Shown piece by piece: positions 39,066-48,530 of a stretch of DNA of 64,000 nucleotides. The position numbers and the translations under genes were made by a program. The DNA comes from an uncultured Armatimonadetes bacterium (GTDB taxonomy: Bacteria; Armatimonadota; UBA5829; DTJY01). The notes under the pieces were generated by a model that saw nothing but the letters and a program-made list of their open reading frames with translations, was not told the origin of the DNA and did not search any database. The stretch covers positions 3,072,001 through 3,136,000 of the forward strand of contig OY970325.1 of assembly GCA_963717145.1 (NCBI GenBank), read 5' to 3'. How positions within the stretch are numbered: the stretch's first letter is position 1; the number at the start of each line of letters is the position of its first letter.

Positions 39066-39734
39066 CTACGCCGCGATCGTAGCCGTCTCCAGCTCACCCC
39101 ACTGGCCCGCCTCGCGCTTGCCGTAGAGCCACCGCATCTTGTAATGCGCCTGCTTGTTGCCGTCCTCCGGTAGGAAGGTCACGACGAACGGCCGCGGGGA
39201 AGCCAGTCCGACGTAGCGCATTTCGCTGACATCGGCGGGGGCCGTGCCGACCTTGACCCAGACCTCCGCGCCGGTCGCGCCCTCGGGCATCGCCTTGGTC
39301 GTGCCGCTCTCACCCTGGTTCTCGACCCGGAGCGTATGCCTCAGAAGCCCCCGGATGTCGATCAGGGCCGACGGCCTGTCGGGCAATGCTTCGACATCGA
39401 GGGCCATCTGCCCGGCGCCGCGCGCGGGGATCTCCAATGCCTCGCGGTCCTGGCTCGTCGTCGCGGGATTCGCCTGAATGCGCCCGATGAGCTGTCTGGC
39501 GAGCTGCTCCGCGGTCGCGCGCTTCACCTGCTTGTCGGCGGATGCGACCTTCGCGGCGTTGCGCGCCTCATCGAAGGCGACGCGCGCGGCACTGAACTCA
39601 GGCTCGGCGGTGGACAGCGGGATAAGATCGGCCGCCACCAGGCCGAAGTGCGCCAGGTTCGCGCCCACGTAGGTGGTAACGCGGCTGATCCAGAGCTGGA
39701 ACGCCACGTCGTTGGCTGGAACATAATCACCCAT
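39066..39734 (-). CDS. Hypothetical protein: helical N-terminus, beta-rich (Ig/Fn3-like) C-terminus
   Basis: AAGGAGG RBS; MGDYVPANDVAF...PEGATGAEVW...YKMRW...GQWG. Confidence 0.7.
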   Translation of the reverse strand: MGDYVPANDVAFQLWISRVTTYVGANLAHFGLVAADLIPLSTAEPEFSAARVAFDEARNAAKVASADKQVKRATAEQLARQLIGRIQANPATTSQDREALEIPARGAGQMALDVEALPDRPSALIDIRGLLRHTLRVENQGESGTTKAMPEGATGAEVWVKVGTAPADVSEMRYVGLASPRPFVVTFLPEDGNKQAHYKMRWLYGKREAGQWGELETATIAA

Positions 39735-40002
39735 GATCATGTCCTCCTTGTTTGAATAGGCCGCCGGCCACCGATTCGGCAGGATCAGCCCGAGATGTGG
39801 CGGCAGACCGATGGTCTGCTCGCTGGTACCATTATCGGTAAGCGGTTTTCGAATCTCTAGCCAAACAGTGCGAGTTGTGGAACAATGATGTATGAATATT
39901 GCCACTCCTCCGACGAGGAGACGCCTTATTCCTTACCTGGCAGAGACTGGCATGCATATGGGCGTACAAGGGGAAGGCGCGCTCCCGGACGACGTTCCGA
40001 GG

Positions 40003-40170
40003 CTCGCAGGTGTCACCTCCGGGCCCGGAGTCGAGGCCCCGGAACTCGCAGGTGTCACCTCCGGGCCCGGAGTCGTCGTCCCGGAACTCGCAGGCCTCAC
40101 CTCCGGCCACGGAGTCGTCGCCCCGGAACTCGCAGGCGTCACCTCCGGCCCTGGAGTCGTCGCCCCTGCC
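40003..40170. repeat. Four tandem 42-bp units
   Basis: CTCGCAGG(T/C)xTCACCTCCGGxCxxGGAGTCGxxGxCCCGGAA x4 between divergent genes. Confidence 0.9.
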
Positions 40171-40293
40171 CGCTTGAGGCATGCCGCCGAAGGGACAGAT
40201 CAGTAGTTGACAGCCCTCAGGGCATCCTGATAGACTGCCCGTGTAAGCCGATCCACAATAAGCACCACTACCGCCCACCGCTGAGGCACAGAG

Positions 40294-43200
40294 ATGACAG
40301 AGACGTTCGAGTACGACGTATTCCTGAGCCATAGCTCGAAGGACAAGTCGGTTGTGCGCAAGCTTGCCAAGCGGCTGAAGAAGGACGGACTGCGCGTCTG
40401 GTTCGACGAATGGGAGATCAAGCCAGGGGACCCTATCTCCCTGAAGATCGAGCAGGGACTGGAGCGGTCGCGCACGCTCATCCTGTGCATGTCGAAGAAC
40501 GCCTTCGCGTCGGAGTGGGTTACCCTCGAGCGCCACACCACCCTGTTCCGCGATCCCGCGAACGCCGATCGCCGATTCATCCCCCTGCGTCTCGATGATT
40601 CCGAGATCAGAGAGACGCTCAGGCAGTTCGCATATATGGACTGGCGGGAGGAGTCGGAAGAACAGTATGCGCGGTTGCTGGCGGCGTGCAAACCCGCATC
40701 GTCCGAGATTGTGCCTTCAGCCCGAGAAGGGGAAGAATCCGCGCCATCTAGAGTCCTTCTGGGTCATACCAAGGCTCTGAACTGCGTGGTCGTCACGCCG
40801 GACGGTCGAACAGCGGTCTCCGGCTCCGATGACAAGACCGTCCGGGTGTGGGATCTCGAGGCAGGTAGGCTCACCGCCACCCTGGAGGGACATACCGGCG
40901 AGGTATGGGGAGTAGCCGTGACCCCGGACGGACGGCTCGCGGTCTCCGGCTCTTATGACAACACCGTCCGGGTGTGGGATCTTGAGGCAGGCAGGCTTGC
41001 CGCCACCCTGAAGGGGCATACCCGCGCGGTATGGGGCATGGCCGTGACGCCGGACGGTCGAACAGCGATCTCCGGCTCTGTGGACAAGACCGTCCGGGTG
41101 TGGGATCTCGAGGCAGGCAGGCTCACCGCCACCCTGGAGGGGCATACCGACCGGGTATACGGTGTGGCCATGACGCCGGACGGTCGAACAGCGGTCTCCG
41201 GCTCTAGCGACGACACCGTCAGGGGCTGGGATCTCGAGGCAGGCAGGCTTACCACCACCCTGAAGGGGCATACCGAGCGGGTGTGGGGTGTGGCAGTGAC
41301 GCCGGACGGTCGAACAGCGGTCTCCGGCTCTGTGGACAAGACCGTCCGGGTGTGGGATCTCGAGGCAGGCAGGCTCACCGCCACCCTGGAGGGGCATACC
41401 GGCGCGGTATACGGTGTGGCCGTGACTCCGGACGGTCGAACGGCGGTCTCCGGCTCCACCGACGAAACCGTTCGGGTGTGGGATCTCGAAGCGGGCAGGC
41501 TCATCGCCACCCTGGAGGGACATACCGGCGCGGTATACGGTGTGGCCGTGACTCCGGACGGTCGAACAGCGGTCTCCGGCTCCACCGACGACACCGTCCG
41601 GGTGTGGGACCTGCCGCCCATGGGCACGGCACCCACGCAGGAAGCCGATACCCCGCGCTACACCAACGCTAAGGTGCTGCTTGTAGGCGAAAGCGGCGTA
41701 GGCAAAACGGCGTTGTCAATCCGACTCACGGAGAACAGGTTCGAACCCGCAACCAGTTCGACGGATGCAGTGAGGGCGAAGCGCCCTGACTGGGCAACGC
41801 AGCTGAAGCTACCGGGGGGTGATGCGAGAACTGGGATCGAGCGCGAGATCTGGCTCTGGGATTTCGCGGGGCAGGCGGACTACAGGCTCATCCACCAGCT
41901 CTACATGGACGAAACGGCACTTGCGGTACTTGTCTTCAACCCGCAGAGCGAGAACCCGTTCGAGGGCTTGGGCCAATGGGACCGCGACCTACGGCGTGCC
42001 GCGCGGAGATCATTCGGGAAGCTGTTAGTCGCAGGCAGGTGTGATCGCGGCGCTCTTATGGTCAGCCGAGAAAGCGTTGAGCGCTTCCAGACCGACAGAG
42101 GATTCGCCGATTACATCGAAACCAGCGCACTGCGCGGCACCGGCTGCGACCGACTCCGGCAGGCAATCGTCGACCATATTCCATGGAATGATATCCCATG
42201 GACAGCCTCGCCGCGGATCTTCCGCCTGCTTAAGGAAGAGATCGTTAGGCTGAAGGACGAAGGCAAAGCACTCCTGAGAATGGCAGAGCTGAGGCAACAA
42301 CTCGAAATGCGTCTGCCGCGAGAGGTTTTCACGCCAGAGCAGTTGCGCGCCGTCGCGGGCCTGCTTGCCGGACCCGGCGTTGTCTGGCAACTGGAGTTCG
42401 GCGACTTCGTACTCCTCCAGCCCGAGCGCATTAACTCCTACGCGGCCGCCGTCATCCGATCCGTCCGCGCCCACACAGAAGAGATCGGCTGTATAGCCGA
42501 AGAGGATGTGCTGGCCGGACGGCTCGACTACCAGGATGTGGACCGACTCCCCCCAGAGGAAGAGCAGATCGTGCTACGAGCGATGCACCAGACCTTTGTG
42601 GACCACGGGTTATGCCTGCGCGAGCACACCGATCAGGGCACACTTCTTATCTTCCCGAGCTACTTCAAGAGGGAGCGGCCGGAGTTGGTGGGGCATCCTG
42701 CCGAGTTTGTGACCTACCAGTTCAACGGAGCACTCGACGAGATCTACTACTCTGGTCGTCAGACTCCATAGCACATTGGCTTTCGAGCGTGACCAGCTCT
42801 GGCACTTTGCCGCGGATATGAGAACGCAGGACGACAAACGCCTTGGCTTCAAGATGAGCAAGAAGGCCGAAGGTGCTGCGGAACTCGCCGTGTATTTCGA
42901 TCCAGGCATCTCGGATGACACCAAGGTTACGTTCATCAAGTATGTACACGAGCATCTGCTTGAGAGGGCCCACGATGTCGTTCGCCTCCGACATTACGTC
43001 TGCCCAAACTGCCACAAGGCTGTGAAGGATAGTGAAGCCGCCTGGGAGCGGCTGAACAGCGGCAAGAAGGACATTCTGTGCGTCAACTGCGAGAAGCGCG
43101 TGCCCTTATGGGATTTGATCGAGAAGAAGTTCGCTTCGGAGGAGTCCCAGCGAAAGGTACGTAGGTTGGAGGAGGAGGCTAAGAGGGCAACCGACAATGA

Positions 43201-43633
43201 GAGCCTCGAACTGATCCTGGTAGGACATGCGTTCTCGATCGCCGGAGAGGCAGGGCAGATCTTCAGGCCCACTCCGAACTCCGACTGGGGTATCGACGGC
43301 GAAATCGAGTTCAAGGATTACGATGGGAAGGCGAGTGGACAACGGGTTTACCTCCAGCTGAAGTCGGGCGACTCATACCTACGCCAGCTTCGCCGTGACG
43401 GCACGGAAGTCTTCACAATCAATAAGCCGCGGCACGCCGATTACTGGCAGAAGCAGGCCTACCCCGTGATGCTGGTCGTCCGTACCTCCGACGGAAGAAT
43501 CCGCTGGATGAACGTGACCGAACGCCTGGAGAGTCTGGGGGCCTACACAAAGCAGATCGAATTCGACGGCGAGCCGTTCACGGCGCTGAACCTCCAGCGG
43601 ATGCGGGACAAGCTCGTCGGCCTGCCGGGGTAG
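40294..43633 (+). CDS. TIR - 7xWD40 - Roc GTPase - COR - zinc ribbon - DUF4365-like nuclease-fold protein; frameshift near 42748
   Basis: YDVFLSHSSKDK/WVTLE (TIR); GHT...WD x7; GESGVGKT, WDFAGQ, ETSA (Roc); shifted frame IY|TLVVRLH; CPNC/CVNC; DWGIDGEIEF...LQLKSG (PD-(D/E)XK-like). Confidence 0.88.
40761..41610 (+). repeat. Seven near-identical 126-bp WD40-coding repeats
   Basis: Recurrent CCGGACGGTCGAACAGCGGTCTCCGGCTC...ACCGTCCGGGTGTGGGATCTCGAGGCAGG. Confidence 0.92.
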
Positions 43634-43657
43634 GTATTCCAGCAGGCCGGACTGCGC

Positions 43658-45001
43658 TTACACCTGATCGGTGGCCTTGCGGGGGGCGGTGACCGTGCGG
43701 TGGCGCGGGAGTCCCTTGCAGAGCGCCTTGCCCCGGCCGATGTACCGGTAGCTGAGGTTCACCAGCAGGCGCGGGATGATCTTGCCTCGCAGGGTGCACG
43801 CCCGCCACAGGATCGACTGGATCGAGTAGAAGCTCCGGTAGGTCGCCCGCTGGCCGGCGCGAAGCTCCTCCGCGGTCATGTTCTTCGGCTCGAACGCGAC
43901 GTTGCTCATCGTGTAGTGCGACCAGTCCCCATCCGTGATCCTGCCCGCATCCTCGAGTTCGCGGCGGGAGACCGTGCCGGGGAACGGGGTCAGCACCGAG
44001 AACTGCGCGGCGGCGAGCTTGTGCTTCTTCGCGAAGTCGGCCGTCCGCTTGAAGACCTCCTGCGTGTCCCCATCGAGCCCCAGCACGAACGACCCGATGA
44101 TCTCGATCCCCGCGCGGTGGATCTTGCCGATCGCGTCGCCGATGTCGAGCCCGATGTTCGGCCGCTTCGAAGTGGCGCGGAGGTTCTCCTGCGAGACGGA
44201 CTCCAAGCCGACAAACAGCGCCTGGCAGCCGCTTCGGACCGCGAGCTTCATCAGTTCGGGGTCCTTCGCCATGCTCAGGTCGCCCTGCCCCACCCACTTG
44301 ATCTTCAGCGGGATGAGCGCCTCGAAGAGTGCCTTCGCGCGCTTGGGTGAGCCGACGATGTTGTCATCCACGAAGCCGATCCAGCCGCCCAGGGACTTGA
44401 CCTCCGCGATGACCTCGGGAATCGGACGGAAGCGGTACTTCTTGCCGGAGATCGCGGTCACGGAGCAGAAACTGCAGCCGTTCGGGCATCCGCGCGCGGT
44501 CTGCACGTTGTTCAGCGTGAGGTATCGCTCGCCCCTGAGGAGATCGCGCCGTGGGAGCGGCATGTCCTCCATGGTCGCGAGCCCGCAGTTCTCGTAGCGC
44601 GGCTTCAGTCGGTTGGCTTCGAGATCGTCGAGGATCATGTGCCAGACCGGCTCGGCCTCCCCGACCACGACTGCGTCGGCATGCATCGCGGCCTCGTCGG
44701 GCAGGACGGTGGGATGGATGCCGCCCATCACGACGGGGATTCCGCGCCGTCGGAAGGCGTCCGCGATCTCGTAGGCCCTCGGCGCGGAGGCGGTCATGCA
44801 TGAGATGGCGACCCAGTCGGCGTCGGCTTCGAGGTCGGTCTTCTCGACGTTCTCGTCGATGAGCTGAACGTCGATGTGCGAGGGAGTCATTCCGGCGATC
44901 AGAGGGAGCGCAAGCGGTGGGGCGAGAACCTTTCCGCCCTGCCACCAGGTGTGCGTCCACGAGGGAGATATAATAAGGAGCTTCGGTCTCCTATCGGTCA
45001 T
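43658..45001 (-). CDS. B12-binding domain radical SAM protein
   Basis: MGGIHPT, VGEAE, RGCPNGCSFC (CxxxCxxC), FVDDN, GLES, SFVLGLDGD, LTPFPGT. Confidence 0.92.
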   Translation of the reverse strand: MTDRRPKLLIISPSWTHTWWQGGKVLAPPLALPLIAGMTPSHIDVQLIDENVEKTDLEADADWVAISCMTASAPRAYEIADAFRRRGIPVVMGGIHPTVLPDEAAMHADAVVVGEAEPVWHMILDDLEANRLKPRYENCGLATMEDMPLPRRDLLRGERYLTLNNVQTARGCPNGCSFCSVTAISGKKYRFRPIPEVIAEVKSLGGWIGFVDDNIVGSPKRAKALFEALIPLKIKWVGQGDLSMAKDPELMKLAVRSGCQALFVGLESVSQENLRATSKRPNIGLDIGDAIGKIHRAGIEIIGSFVLGLDGDTQEVFKRTADFAKKHKLAAAQFSVLTPFPGTVSRRELEDAGRITDGDWSHYTMSNVAFEPKNMTAEELRAGQRATYRSFYSIQSILWRACTLRGKIIPRLLVNLSYRYIGRGKALCKGLPRHRTVTAPRKATDQV

Positions 45002-45170
45002 ATGCTATTGCCCAACCTTCCTTGGCGAATCCGTGCCTGCCTGGCAGTCGCCTAAGGCGCGGTTGATTGCCGCGGTCGGGCTACAAGCATCATCAAAGCC
45101 AATTGAAGCATAGCACATTCCACGGCCCGACGCAAGGAATATGTTACCCACAGCGAGCGGATCTAATCCT

Positions 45171-45265
45171 CGGTATGGAGTGCGATGGCTCGACACGACG
45201 GAGGGACCGGAGGGCGTCGAGCCGCCCGCGACCAAAGCGATGTCGAGCCATCGCACTCCATACCG
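45171..45265. repeat. GGAGTGCG-type palindromic doublet
   Basis: Perfect 25-bp IR CGGTATGGAGTGCGATGGCTCGACA (45171-45195 / 45241-45265). Confidence 0.85.
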
Positions 45266-45325
45266 GGCCTCGACCGCATGTGGGATGTGTGCTATCATGC
45301 CTGAGTAGAATCGGAGGAACCGCAC

Positions 45326-48300
45326 GTGTCTGTGACATCCAAGATCAGCAAACCGTCGCTAAGAAGATTCGACTTCGAGGCCCTTGTGAGGATCGGCCCG
45401 CTGGAGACAGTGAGGCGCGGACGACTGTACTACGCCCAGGGGCGCGCCACGGTCGAACATGCGGATGATGAGAAAGCCACCATCCAGGTCGACGGCAGTC
45501 AGGAGTACCCCTATGAGGTGAACGTCTGGCTGGATGATCTCTATCCCGAGCGGCGGGTCCATGCGCAATGCGATTGCCCGCACGCAGAGAATCAGCCCGG
45601 AGTGATGTGCAAGCACAAGGTCGCCGGCTTCCTCGCGCTGTACCACTACTACCGGACCCAGCGCAAGGTGCACTGGGCGGACATGATGCAGAGAGTCCTG
45701 GAGGCCGCCGAGATACCTCAGAAGAGCCGCGCCGAAAGCATCGTGTTCTTCAACCTGCTCAATTGGGGAGGCCGCTACCAGATACACCCCTACATGCTGC
45801 CGGTGAAATCCTTCACCGATGCGGCCATCGGCGACAGGGATGCGATGGCCGCCGAGATCCTCCGTATGGGTCTGGGAAGGAAAGCCCGCCGCGTACAGGG
45901 CACGCGAGGGCTTGGGAAGGCCGTATCGGCATCACCCGGCGAGATCGCCGCCGCCGGGATGCTGGCGGATTCGTGGCGGTATTATTCCGACATGTCGCTG
46001 AATGTCGTGCTGCCATTGCTCACGGACAGTATCGTCCTCACCGGGAACCACAATGCGGAGTTGAAGAAACAGGTGAGAGTCTCCACCGCTCCGGAACACC
46101 TCGATCTGGAGATCCAACGCCAGGACGGCGACCTGAAGATGATCGCATCGCTGTCATTCCAGGGCGCAAAACTCCCGTTGACTTCCATACGGCCGCAGAT
46201 CATCGAGAAGTCGCCGATGTGGTTGCTGACCGAATCGACGGTCTTCCCGGTGGAGGGCGAGTTCGCGCTCGTCGAGACGTTCCTCAAGCACCCGGAGATC
46301 GTCATCCCGGAGGCCGATGCGGACAGGTTCGTCGACGAGTACCTGCTTCCGATTGTGGAGCGTGTGTCCGTCAAGCTGGACGGCGTCGGCGAATGGCGGG
46401 ACGTCAGTGCGGAGCGGTCCCCGAGTATACTTGAAGGAGTCTCAAGGCGAGTTGGGGGCCGAGCTTCGGTTCGGCTACGACACATTCGAGGCGACGTTTG
46501 ACGAATCGCTCCCCAAGCTCAGCTTCGGTCGCGGCTCGGAGATGCTCGAGTTGTTCCGAGTACACCGGGATCCGGACGCCGAGCGCCAGGCATGGAAAGC
46601 GCTGTCCTCACATGGCCTGAAGCGCTCACTCGATGGCCGGACCTTTGTCTTGCGGCAGAACGTGAGCGCGGTCGACTTCCTGATACATCGCGTGCCGGCG
46701 CTCTCGATGGCGGGCTACGAAGTGTATGGCGAGGAGGACCTGAAGTCCGTGCGGGTGAACCGCAACCGGCCGAAGGTCTCGCTCTCGGTCTCGTCGGGGA
46801 TAGACTGGTTCGACGTGCAGGCGGTGGTAAGCTTCGGCGACCTGGAGGTCCCGATGGCGGCGCTACGTCGGGCGGTGAAGAAGCGCGAGAAGTACATCAA
46901 GCTCGCGGACGGGTCGATAGGCGAGGTCCCGGAGGAGTGGGCCCGGCAGTACCGGCATCTCTTCGAACTCGCCGGTGAGTCGGAGGGCGGCGTCCGGCTC
47001 ACGAAGTCCCAGGTCATGCTGCTCGATCAGGCTCTCTCGGAGGCGGATTCCGCCGAGGTCGACGAGGAGTTCGAGCGCCAACGTTCGAGGCTCAAGGATT
47101 TCGCGCAGATCGAGTCGAAGCCGCTGCCGGATGGTCTCTGCGGCGAACTGAGACACTACCAGAAAGCCGGCTACGACTGGCTGCATTTCCTGCACGAGTT
47201 CGAGTTCGGCGGCTGTCTGGCCGACGACATGGGGATCGGGAAGACGGTTCAGGCGCTCACCCTCCTGCAGTCACTGCGGGAGAGCGGCCATGCGAAGTCA
47301 GCCGACCTGATCGTGATGCCGCGATCGCTCCTGACGAACTGGGAGCGGGAGGCGGCCAGGTTTGCGCCGAGCCTCAAGGTCCACATGTACGCCAACCTCG
47401 ACCGGATACGCGATGTCTCGGAGTTCGAGAGATACGACCTGGTGCTGACGACATATGGCCTGATGCGCCGCGACATCGACATCCTGAGCAAGTACCGCTT
47501 CCACTTCGTGGTGCTAGATGAATCGCAGGCGGTGAAGAATCCTCTGTGCCAGACCGCGAGGGCGGCTCGCATGCTCGAGTGCGACCATCGGCTCGTGTTG
47601 ACGGGAACGCCGGTGGAGAACTCGACGACCGAGCTTTGGTCGCAGTTCGCATTTCTGAACCCCGGCATGCTCGGCTCGCTCGACTACTTCAAGAGGGAGT
47701 TCGTGAACCCGATCGAGCGCCATCAGGACGACGAGACCGCGCGATGTCTTCGTTCGCTGGTGTATCCGTTCATCCTGCGCCGAACCAAGAGCCAGGTCGC
47801 CCCCGAACTCCCGGCACGGACCGAGCGGATCGTCTACTGCGACATGGACCCGGTCCAGCAGAGGACTTACGACCGGCGGAGGGACGAGTATCGCGCCCTG
47901 CTCCTCGGAATGATCGACAGCGGAGGAATGAATAACGCGCGGATGAAGATCCTGGAGGGGCTGCTCCGCCTGCGCCAGATATGCGACCATCCGGTGCTGG
48001 CGGACAAGAGTTATAGGGGCGAGTCGGCGAAGATCGAGGTCCTAATGGAGACGCTGGAGACGCTCCGAGCGGAGAACCACAAGGCGCTGGTGTTCTCGCA
48101 GTTCACGCAGATGCTCAAGCTGATCAGGAACGACCTGGATATGCGCGGCATCCCCTACCTCTACCTCGATGGGAAGACGAAGGACCGCCAGGCGTTGGTC
48201 GACCGATTCCAGCAGGACGCGGAGATCCCGTTCTTCCTGATCAGCCTGAAAGCCGGCGGCGTGGGACTGAACCTGACGGCGGCGGATTACGTGATACACG

Positions 48301-48530
48301 TGGACCCATGGTGGAATCCGGCGGTCGAGGCTCAGGCGAGCGACCGGACCCACCGCATCGGCCAGGAGAACCCCGTCTTCATCCACAAGCTGATCGCGCG
48401 CGGCACGGTCGAGCAGAAGATGATCGAGCTTCAGGACCGGAAGCGCGACCTCGTGGACAAGCTGATCAGCACCGAAGGCAGCTTCTTCAAGTCGCTCACT
48501 GCCGAGGACGTCCGCGATCTGTTCAGCTAG
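45326..48530 (+). CDS. SWIM zinc finger + SNF2-family helicase; frameshift near 46420
   Basis: CDCP...CKH; LADDMGIGKT, LDESQ, LTGTPVEN, ILRRTK, LRQICDHP, FSQF, SLKAGGVGLNL, DPWWNPA, DRTHRIGQ. Confidence 0.92.

Noticed and set aside
40003-40170. CRISPR array
   Set aside because: Units are contiguous degenerate tandem repeats with no unique spacers, and no cas genes are present in the window.
40761-41610. Diversity-generating retroelement template/variable repeats
   Set aside because: No reverse transcriptase in the window; repeats are tandem and coding, and differences are not confined to adenines.
42735-42780. Programmed frameshift separating the Roco core from the nuclease domain
   Set aside because: No slippery heptamer is visible, and five other genes show similar isolated breaks, favouring assembly error.
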